Shown here: in pieces, positions 43,002-51,129 of the stretch | How positions within the stretch are numbered: position 1 is the first letter of the stretch | Layout of the letters: the number at the start of each line of letters is the position of its first letter | Assembly (NCBI GenBank): GCA_963815435.1 | Contig: CAWFGZ010000042.1 | Location: 24,002-88,001 of the forward strand | Source of the DNA: an uncultured Alphaproteobacteria bacterium | Lineage (GTDB): Bacteria; Pseudomonadota; Alphaproteobacteria; Geminicoccales; Geminicoccaceae | Length of the DNA stretch: 64,000 bases | Direction of reading: 5' to 3' | Position numbers and translations under genes: made by a program | The notes under the pieces: generated by a model | Told to the model about the DNA's origin: nothing | The model's input: only the letters and a program-made list of their open reading frames with translations | Databases searched by the model: none

Positions 43002-44385
43002 TGTAGCGAGCGCGTTGTTTTGTCCGCAATAGGTAGCGCATGAGTTGACCGCTGTTGTGGGCCCTGTGGGGTTGTGGGCGACGCGCAGCGTCGTCCAGCA
43101 AGTCCACAGGGCTGGCCGCGTGGCGGTGGTCACGCGGCCAGGTCCTCGGCGCGCGCAGGCGCCGCCGGCGGGAAGCTGGCCAGGCGCTGCGGCCCCTTGA
43201 AGATGGCAAGCGTGCCGTCGGGATAGTCGTGCACCCGGACGGTCGCCCGCACCAGGTGGGGACGCAGCGGCGTCGGCGGGATCTGCAGACTGCGGCCATG
43301 CCAGCGCACGCAGTTGTCGTTGCCGACCCGACGTTCTTCCTGGACACAGAGGGCGTCGCGCCAGAGCGCCTCGGGCACCTTGACGAAGACCGCGGCCGGC
43401 TCTTCGGCGGGCTCGGCAAAACGGGCATTGTGCTCGGGCAGGTAGCCCTCGCGCAGGAAGCGGTTGGCGGCCTCGACAGTGGTGATCCCGGCCAGCGCCA
43501 GCTCTTTGGGCAGGCGATCTTGCAGGGTTCGAAAGGCGCGCTCGCATCGGCCTCTGGCCTCGGGCGAGTAGGCCGGGATGTGACCGATGCCGAGCTGCTT
43601 CAGGGCTCGCCCGACCTGGGTCAGCTGGGTCTTGGAGACCTTGCCGCCCCCTTCCGGCGTGAAGAAGTAGTGGCTGCCACGGTCGGTGTAGAGCTCCATG
43701 AACAGGCCGTGCCGCTCGACCACCTCGAGCAGCCCGCGGAAGCTGCTCATCGTGCCTTCTTCGTCGACCAGGAGCGCCGAATAGAGCTCGCTGGTGGCGT
43801 CGTCCATCGTGATGATCAGGTCGAGCGCCGGCTGGTCGGTGAGCCAGGCGTGCTTCGAGCCGTCCTGATGCAGCAACATGCCACGCATTGGCCGGCGAGG
43901 ACGCTTGCGACGATGGGCGCCCCGTCGGGCTGCCGGCGCCACCACACCGGTCTTTTGCAGGTAAATCCGGGTCGTGGTGTAGCCGAGCTTGTAGTCGTGG
44001 CGCTTCTCCAGCTTCTCGTGGAAATGCTTGATCGTGAAGCCCTGATAGTTCTCCTGATACAGCGCGCGCATACGCTCGAGCTCGTCCTCGGGCGCCCGTT
44101 TGGGCGACGGCTGGCCAGCCCGGCGATCGACCAGTCCTGCCGCGCCCTCCTCCTCGTAGCGTTCCCGCCAGCGGCGCAAGGTTCGCTCGCTGACCCCGAG
44201 CGCTGCCGCCGCCTCGGCGTGGCTCAGGCGACCCTTCTCCCAACGTTCCACCAGCTCCTCGAAACGCATGATCCCGATCCTCGCAAGCCTCTCCACCCAG
44301 CCCCCCGTTCCAAGTTCCTTGGAACGCTTCCAGAACCGGACAGATCACGCGCTACCTAAACCGGCCAGCTCACGCGCTCCCTACA
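43002..44385 (-). mobile_element. intact insertion sequence (about 1.38 kb) with DDE/rve transposase, ISNCY/IS481-like
   Basis: Imperfect terminal inverted repeats of about 50 bp starting TGTAG (left TGTAGCGAGCGCGT...TAGGTAGCGCATGA; right, reverse-complemented, TGTAGGGAGCGCGT...TAGGTAGCGCGTGA; 35/50 identical). A single transposase ORF. Flanked by a 17-bp direct duplication. Confidence 0.8.
43130..44296 (-). CDS. transposase (N-terminal HTH + integrase-core/rve DDE domain)
   Basis: 388 aa: MRFEELVERWEKGRLSHAEAAAALGVSERTLRRWRERYEEEG..., LHQDGSKHAW...MDDATSE...LYTDRGSHY...AYSPEARGRCERAF. The D, D, E spacing is typical of rve transposases. The start may be the ATG at 44269. Confidence 0.85.
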   Translation of the reverse strand: MERLARIGIMRFEELVERWEKGRLSHAEAAAALGVSERTLRRWRERYEEEGAAGLVDRRAGQPSPKRAPEDELERMRALYQENYQGFTIKHFHEKLEKRHDYKLGYTTTRIYLQKTGVVAPAARRGAHRRKRPRRPMRGMLLHQDGSKHAWLTDQPALDLIITMDDATSELYSALLVDEEGTMSSFRGLLEVVERHGLFMELYTDRGSHYFFTPEGGGKVSKTQLTQVGRALKQLGIGHIPAYSPEARGRCERAFRTLQDRLPKELALAGITTVEAANRFLREGYLPEHNARFAEPAEEPAAVFVKVPEALWRDALCVQEERRVGNDNCVRWHGRSLQIPPTPLRPHLVRATVRVHDYPDGTLAIFKGPQRLASFPPAAPARAEDLAA

Positions 44386-44402
44386 CCCCCGGCATGGCGG
44401 CA
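44386..44402. repeat. 17-bp direct repeat flanking the IS (right copy)
   Basis: CCCCCGGCATGGCGGCA, identical to 42985-43001. Confidence 0.85.
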
Positions 44403-44538
44403 CCGGCGGAATCACTTCCAGCTCGGGGTTCTGGCGCCGATGGTCGCCTTGCGGTGGTCGCAATGCTGGCCGTGGTTTATCGGAAATTTAGGGATCAGCG
44501 CTGAAATTGAGCTGGACATCTGGATGAGATGAGGCCAG

Positions 44539-45342
44539 TTGAGCGTTCGTACAGTACCAGTTCGGGGATCGTGGTTGGACCATCAGACGAACCTTTGGGC
44601 GGACGCCTGTGCTGATCTCGAGGCGCCGCCTGCGCAGGACAAGTGGCGGCGCTGGGTGCTCGCCTCGCTTCTGGTCTTGGTGAGCGGGGCGGGGCTCGCG
44701 CTGGCGCTTGGCTTCGACGCGCAGTCAGCGCTCGAGGTGCTCAGGCGGCACCAGCTCGGGCTGCTCGCCTTCGTGGCCGGCGCACCTCTGGTCGCGTCCA
44801 TGCTGTTCATGGCGATCTACGCCATAGGCGTTGCCACCTCGGTGCCGGGTCTCGCGGTGCTGACGGTGATCGGCGGCTATCTGTTCGGCTGGCTGCACGG
44901 CGCGGCCTATGCGTTGATCGCGGCGACGTTCGCGGCGAGCGCCATGTTCCTGGTGGCGCGGAGCACGATCGGGGGGGCGCTGCGCGCCCGGGCCGGACCC
45001 TCGCTGCAGCGCTTCGCTCAGGGCTTTCGCGACAATGCCCTGAGCTATGTGTTCGTCCTCAATCTGGTGCCGATCTTTCCTTACGCGGTTGTCATCGGCC
45101 TGCCGGCCGCCTGTGGCGTGCGCCTGCGCACCTTCACGATCAGCGTCTTCTTTGGCCTGCTGCCGGGGACCCTGCTATTCGCCCATCTGGGCACGGGGCT
45201 GGGCGACGTGCTCGCCGCCAACCTGCCGATCAGGCTGGCCAGCTTCGCATCGCCCCACATACTCCTGCCGCTGATCGGCCTCGCCACTCTGACGCTGCTA
45301 CCGGTCGCTTACCGCAGCTGTAGGGCCGGCCGCAGCGCCTGA
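44539..45342 (+). CDS. TVP38/TMEM64 (DedA-related, SNARE-associated) family membrane protein
   Basis: Polytopic ORF with ..PGLAVLTVIGGYLFGW..GAAYALIAATFAASAMFLVAR... and LVPIFPY, typical of this family. TTG start, 5' end uncertain. Confidence 0.7.
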   Translation: MSVRTVPVRGSWLDHQTNLWADACADLEAPPAQDKWRRWVLASLLVLVSGAGLALALGFDAQSALEVLRRHQLGLLAFVAGAPLVASMLFMAIYAIGVATSVPGLAVLTVIGGYLFGWLHGAAYALIAATFAASAMFLVARSTIGGALRARAGPSLQRFAQGFRDNALSYVFVLNLVPIFPYAVVIGLPAACGVRLRTFTISVFFGLLPGTLLFAHLGTGLGDVLAANLPIRLASFASPHILLPLIGLATLTLLPVAYRSCRAGRSA

Positions 45343-45451
45343 TCCGCGAACCGAAACCAGAGGGAGGGGAACCGGCTCGCTGAAGCAGGCACGGTCGTGC
45401 TGGCGCAACGGCGCCCGTTAGGTCGAGCTGCTCCTGCCCGACGGTGAGACG

Positions 45452-45739
45452 GTGACGCTCGAGGTCGCGGCCGACGAATCGATCTGGGATGCGGCTTTCC
45501 GGGAAGGTCTGATGCTGCCGAGTTCGTGCCTGCAGGGCTGGTGCACGACCTGCGCCGCGCGCGTGCTCGAGGGCGAGTTCGATCCGGCCGAGGCGCTTCG
45601 CTACTACCCCGAAGACAAGCAAGCCGGCGTCATCCTGCTCTGCACCGCCCGACCCCTGAGCCCGATGCGCATCCGGACCGACCAGCGCGACGCCATGCGC
45701 GCGCATCGCCGCCTGGGCCTGCCCACTCCACGGGGCTGA
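45452..45739 (+). CDS. plant-type [2Fe-2S] ferredoxin (5' end uncertain, possibly indel-truncated)
   Basis: SSCLQGWCTTCAARV...LLCTA (C-x4-C-x2-C...C). The in-frame sequence VELLLPDGETV upstream of the GTG is closed by a TAG at 45419-45421, which suggests an indel near 45418. Confidence 0.65.
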   Translation: MTLEVAADESIWDAAFREGLMLPSSCLQGWCTTCAARVLEGEFDPAEALRYYPEDKQAGVILLCTARPLSPMRIRTDQRDAMRAHRRLGLPTPRG

Positions 45740-45744
45740 GCGAC

Positions 45745-45824
45745 ATGTCGATGAATCTGGAAAACATCGACACGTCCTGCCAACATGTCGATGGCGTCGG
45801 ACACGTTGCGCGGATGTGTCGATG
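45745..45824. repeat. array of four TGTCGATG motifs (three direct, one inverted)
   Basis: TGTCGATG at 45745, 45786 and 45817; CATCGACA at 45764. The direct copies are 41 and 31 bp apart. Flanks are conserved (A/G)(C/T)(A/G)TGTCGATG(A/G). The array lies between the ferredoxin stop and the truncated Fic gene. Confidence 0.4.
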
Positions 45825-45825
45825 A

Positions 45826-46333
45826 AACGCGTTCAGCGATGGCAATGGCCGTACCGGTCGCGTGCTCAACCTGCTCTTCTTGGTCGAGCAGGGACTGCTG
45901 AGCATCCCCGTGCTCTACCTCAGCCAACACATCATCAGCCACAAGACCGACTACTGCCGGCTGTTGCTTGAGGTGACCACGGACGCGGCTTGGGCGGAGT
46001 GGATCCTGTACATGCTACGGGCGGTGCATGCCACCGCCGTCTGGACGAGCGCGAAGATCCGGGCAATACGACAGCTGCTCGACAACGTTGGCTGACAAGG
46101 TCAGGCTCGACGCACCCAAGATCTATTCGCGCGAGCTCGTCGAGCTGATCTTCGTGCAGCCCTGCTGCCGGATCGGTAGCCTGGTCGAGGCCGGGATCGT
46201 GCGACGGCAGTCCGCGTCGAGATATCTCAAGCACCTCTGCGCCATCGGGGTGCTCGAGGAGCGCAGGACAGGTCGGGAGAAGCTGTTCATCAACCCGGCG
46301 CTGCTTCGGCTCCTGACGCAGAAGGGCGCCTGA
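45826..46333 (+). pseudogene. Fic/DOC family protein, 5'-truncated and frameshifted
   Basis: It begins inside the Fic motif (..NAFSDGNGRTGRVLNLLFLVEQGLL, cf. HPFxDGNGRxxR) right after a TGA. It continues ..LYLSQHIISHKTDYCRLLLEVT.. and, after a frame change near 46085, ..KIYSRELVELIFVQPCCRIGSLVEAGIVRRQSASRYLKHL..GVLEE...GREKLF. The N-terminal half is absent. Confidence 0.75.
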
Positions 46334-46336
46334 GGC

Positions 46337-47089
46337 TCAGGGCCTGGCTGTGGCGAGGGTGCGAGGCGAGGGCTGCTCGCCCGCGACCTCGAGCAGGAGC
46401 TTGGAGAGGATCGCCGAGGCGAAGGCGCTGTAGTCCTTGGCGACCACGATAAAGGCGCCCGGACCGCCGATCACCCGCTCCTCGTAGTAGCGATCGAGGT
46501 CCTGCGGCGCCAGGCCACCCCACGGGTTCGGGCGGTTGTTGATGATCGGCAGGCCGTTGATCGTGATCCCGGCCGTGACCGCGTCGTCGCGCGCCTGCTC
46601 GGCCGGCCGGCCGCGATTGTTGTAGCCGTCACCCGAGATGTCGATCACCCGGCGCAAGCCTTTGAAGCCGTTCCTGTCGAACAACGGCACGGCGTAGTCG
46701 ATGGCGGCGCTGATCGAGGTCCAGCGCTGGCGGATGAGCGGTGCCTCGGCAAGCGCGTCGGCGAAAGCGGCGGCGCTTTGCTGATCCTGGATCAGGGTCC
46801 AGTCGAGAAGGGTGCGCTGGAACTCCACGCCTGCCCATTCGACATAGGCAACGGCGATCCGGCCGAGCATGCCCGCCCGGATCGCCTCGATCACCCGCGG
46901 ATGATGCAGCGCCGCGATGTAGCCCTCGCGCTGGAGCTTCGCCTCGACCTCGTCGACGCTGCCCGAGACGTCGACTGCAAGCACCAGCTCGAGATCGACC
47001 GGCAGATCCTCGGCCGTCGCCGGCAGGCAGGGCAGGGCAAACAGACTGGCAATGAGAGCGACGCGACAAGGCAAACGAGGAAATCGCAT
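46337..47089 (-). CDS. DUF1194 (vWA-like) exported protein
   Basis: Signal peptide, then VDLELVLAVDVSGSVDEVEAKLQREGY..A...P.V..AI, ...ISGDGYNN.G and GITINGLPI, as I remember for DUF1194. Confidence 0.8.
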   Translation of the reverse strand: MRFPRLPCRVALIASLFALPCLPATAEDLPVDLELVLAVDVSGSVDEVEAKLQREGYIAALHHPRVIEAIRAGMLGRIAVAYVEWAGVEFQRTLLDWTLIQDQQSAAAFADALAEAPLIRQRWTSISAAIDYAVPLFDRNGFKGLRRVIDISGDGYNNRGRPAEQARDDAVTAGITINGLPIINNRPNPWGGLAPQDLDRYYEERVIGGPGAFIVVAKDYSAFASAILSKLLLEVAGEQPSPRTLATARP

Positions 47090-47203
47090 GACCACGCTCC
47101 AAAATCGGGCGAGGACGATGACCGCGCAAGACGGCAGTTTACGCCACCCTCGCGATAGTATGAGCTAGCACATGCGCGCCGCGCGTCCAACCGGCGGCAC
47201 CGG

Positions 47204-48959
47204 TCAAGGTGCCAGGCGCAGCGCGCGCCGTCCGAGGCTGAGCAGCTGCGCCCAGACCGGGGCTGCCGGCCGCTCGCCGGCATCGACGTCGACCGGAAGG
47301 GCGCGGGCGTCCGGGATCAGACGCACCCGGAGCGGTCGCCGGCGACCCCGGATGTCGATCTCGCGCAGCTCGAAATCGCTGAGGTCGATCGCCGCGCGCT
47401 CGGCTAGTCGCGCCGAGACGACCAGCTGCACGCCGAACTCCTTGGTCAGCACCTCGAGGCGCGAGGCGACGTTGACCGGGTCGCCGATCGCGGTCAGCGA
47501 TGTGACGCGCTGATAGCCCATCTCACCGATGATCACCGGGCCGGCATGCAGGCCCATCCCCATGCGCAGCGGCTCGCGCAGATCGTCCTTGAGCTGCTGG
47601 TTCAGCTGGTCGAGCGCGAGCGCCATCGCCCGTGCGGCGGCGAGCGCCTGCCGGCAGGCCTCATCGGGCTCACGCTCGATGCCGAACAGCGCCATGATGC
47701 CGTCGCCGATGAACTTGTCGACCCGGCCGCCCTCTGCCTCGATCGCCTGCCCCATGGCCTTGAAGTACTGATTGAGCACGAACACCACGTCGTAGGGCAG
47801 GCGGCCCTCGGCCATCCGGGTGAAGGCGCGCAGATCGGCGAACAGGACCGCAATCTCGCGCTCCATGCCCTGGCCGGGATTGACCTCGAGCTGGACATCG
47901 CGCGGACCGACGGTGGCCGGCAGCAGCGGCGTCACCGCGAGGTCGTGGCTCGGGCGCAGCTGACAGGCGAGCCGAACGCCGGCGGCGGCGCCGATCCGGG
48001 CCAGCACCCGCGCCTCATCCGGCGCCGGCGGCGGCAGGTGCTCGGCGCCCTCGCCGACCCGCACCCGGCAGGTCGAGCAGCGGCCGCGCGCGCCGCAGAC
48101 CGAAGCGTGCGGAATGCCGGCCGCGCGGCTGGCCTCGAGCACGCTCATGCCGGGCGCGATCGCGACCGTCACGCCGTCCGGGTAACGAAGCCGCACCCGA
48201 TCGTTGGAGCGCGCCGCGCGCAGCGCCCGTCCGCCGAAAACCCCCACCAGAACGACGAGGAACCCGAAGAGGATGTCGTGCTCGGCGCTGTAGAACCAGG
48301 CGAGCTCGTCTTTGGGAGACCAGTGGCCGCTCTCGCTCTGAGCCTGAAGCCATTGCGGGTCGGTCGCGGCCCGCTCGGCCACCTCGCGCCCGGCGCTGGC
48401 AAAGCCGATCAGAGCCAACGCCGGCAAGAGGACGGCGAGCACGAACAGCCATGCCTTGACGTGGTGATACCAGGGGCGGATCCGCAGCCAGAAGTGCAGC
48501 CCGATGCAGCCGTGCAGCCAGACGATGATCAGCAGCAGGCTCTGCCGTCCGGCGCCGTTCGGCCACAGCTGATGGAGCACATACATGATAGTCGTCGTCG
48601 ACACCGAGCCACTGGTGGACGACGCGGGTGCTGACGATATGGCCCACCAGCAAGAACGGGATCAGAAGGCCGAGCCCGATCTGGGCGGCCTCCCAGGTGG
48701 GCATGCGCAGACTGCGGCGTCGCCAGAGCTTGTGAACGACCAGAGCGATGTGGGTGAGCAGCGCGCCGTAGAGCAGCACCGTGCCGGGCAGGCTGCGCCA
48801 GACCGCGATGAAGACCATCCGACCGGCCTCCATGGCGGCGAGCGAGTCGATGCCGAGCGCATGATTGACCAGATGGCTCGCCGCGAACAGCATCAGGACC
48901 AGGCCGGAGGCCAGGCGCAGCCGGGTGGTCAGATCCGAGCGCGGACGCATCTCGGCCAT
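47204..48959 (-). pseudogene. class III adenylate/guanylate cyclase with His-rich polytopic N-terminal domain and [2Fe-2S] ferredoxin domain, one frameshift
   Basis: TM region with conserved His (ASHLVNHALG, LLTHIALVVHKLW, LLVGHIVSTR, WLHGCIGLHFW). 2Fe-2S motif CGARGRCSTCRV...LACQ. Cyclase core VLFADLRAFT...KFIGDGIMALFG...GMGLHAGPVI.GE.G. The frame changes near 48595. Confidence 0.8.
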
Positions 48960-49050
48960 TCAACGTATGATGCGCGCGGCGGCAGGCCACCTTCCGCCGC
49001 GGTGATCGACCGCGGGAAGAGGGCGACGCGTCGAGGCTGCTAGTCGGGCA

Positions 49051-50971
49051 TCACGCCGCCAGGCCCCGGGCCAGGAAGGCGCTGAGGCGACGAGAGAAGC
49101 CGCCCGGATCGGGCAGCGGCTCGCCCTCGGCGATCCGCGCCTGATCGAGCAGCAGCTCGGCCAGATCGCCGAGCGCCGCCTGCTCGCCGTCATCGGCCGC
49201 GCGGGCCGCCATCTGCCGGATCAGCTCGTGTCCGGGGTTGATCTCGAGCACGCGCTTCGAGAGCTGCTCCAGTTGCTGATGCTGCTTGAGGAAGCGCTCG
49301 AGGCGAAGGTCGATGCCGTGCTCGTCCGCGACCAGGCAGACCGCGCTCTCGGTGAGGCGCGGCGGAAGGACGGACATCCTGCACCTTGTCGCCGAGCCGC
49401 GCCTTGAAGACCGCGATCAGCCGATCGAGCGCAGCGCCCTCGACCGCCTCGGCCCTCTCAGGCTTGGCGGCCTGATCGTCGCCGCCCTCGACCTTCGAGA
49501 GATCGACCTCGCCGCGGGTCAAGCGAGCGGAATTTCTTGCCCTGATAGTCCTCTGCCGTCGGCAGCCAGAAGTCGTCGATCGGATCGTTGAGCAGCAGCA
49601 CCTCGACCCCTTTGGCCCGGCAGGCCTCGAGCTGCGGGCTCGATTTCAGGGCTTCGAGATGCTCGCCGCTGATCGTGAAGATCGCGTCCTGGCCCGGCTT
49701 CATCCGGCCGATATAGTCGTCGAGGCTGACCCAGCCGTCGCCCGCGGTGCTGCGGAAGCGGGCCAGCTGCATGAGCCGTGCGCGCTGTTCCTGATCCTCG
49801 TAGATGCCCTCCTTTAGGACGGCGCCGAAGTTGTCCCAGAATTTGGCGTACTCGCCGTCCTCGGCCTTGGCCCGGCGGTCGAGCTCATCGAGCAGCGCGC
49901 TTGATCAGGTCCTTCCTGATCTTGGCGAGCACGGCGCTATGCTGGAGCGTCTCGCGCGAGACGTTGAGCTGCAGATCCTCCGAATCCACGACGCCGCGCA
50001 CGAAGCGCAGATAGCGGGGCATCAGACCCTCGAGATCTTCGGTGATGAAGACCCGCTTGACATACAGCTTCACGCCGTGGCGGCGCTCGGGGTCGTACAG
50101 GTCGAAGGGCGGCGTGCCCGGGATGAACAGGAGCGCCTGAAACGACACCACCCCCTCGGCCTGGACGTGCAGGCGCGCCCAGGGCTCGTCGAAGGCATGC
50201 GCGACGTGGTGGTAGAACTCCTTGTACTGCTCGTCGGTGATCTCGGCCTTGGCGCGGCTCCAGAGCGCGCTCGCCTGGTTGACCTGCTCGGGCGCCTTCA
50301 GCTCGCCGTTGCCCGTCGCCTCACCGTCCGCCTTGGCCTCGCCCTGCGAGCAGGATCGGCACGGCGATGTGGTCGGAGTAGCTGCGCACGATCTGGCGCA
50401 GCCGGAACTCGTCCAGGAACTCCTTGGCATCGTCCCGCAGATAGAGGATGACCGACGTGCCGCGCGGCGCCGCCACCGCCATGTCCTCGACCGTGAAGCC
50501 GCTCCGGCCATCCGACTGCCAGCGCCAGCTGTGCTCCTCGCCGGCCTTGCGCGAGATCACCTCGACCTTCTCGGCGACCATGAAGGCGGAATAGAAGCCG
50601 ACGCCGAACTGGCCGATCAGGTTGACGTCCTTGGCGCTGTCGCCGCTCAGCTCGGTGACGAAGCGCTGGGTGCCCGAGCGCGCGATCGTGCCGAGGTTGT
50701 CGGCGAGCTCGTCGCGGCCCATGCCGATGCCGTTGTCGGTGATCGTGAGCGTGCCTCGCGCCTGGTCGGGCACCAGCAGAATCTTGAGGTCCGGATCGTC
50801 GCCGAGCAGATGGGGCTCGCTCAGGCTGGCGTAGCGGAGCCGATCGCAGGCGTCCGAGGCGTTGGAGATCAGCTCTCTGAGAAAAATGTCGCGATGTTGG
50901 TAGAGCGAGTTGATGACCAGATCGAGAACCCGGCCGACCTCGGCCTCGAACGGCTGCACGGCTGCGTTCAT
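49051..50971 (-). pseudogene. htpG: molecular chaperone HtpG (Hsp90), about 4 frameshifts
   Basis: FEAEVGRVLDLVINSLYQHRDIFLRELISNASDACDRLR, GQFGVGFYSAFMVA, LYVKRVFITED...RFVRGVVDSEDLQLNVSRE, ...LEINPGHELI. The frame changes near 50345, 49895, 49530 and 49380. Confidence 0.9.
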
Positions 50972-51129
50972 TGGTCGCTTCCCCACTTCGAAACCGGTTC
51001 TGCTCGCGCGTGATTGGCCCGGATGTAGGCGGACGGTCGCGCGCCTTCAAGCAGCGGTGGATTGCGTCACCGACCCGAAGCTATACTAACCGGCGATTGA
51101 GCAGCTTCATCGCCAGCGGGGCTTGGCCC

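Noticed and set aside
45343-45451. A leader or riboswitch upstream of the ferredoxin gene
   Set aside because: The sequence translates in frame into a plausible ferredoxin N-terminus (VELLLPDGETV) closed by one TAG. A 5' indel or truncation of the gene is the simpler reading.
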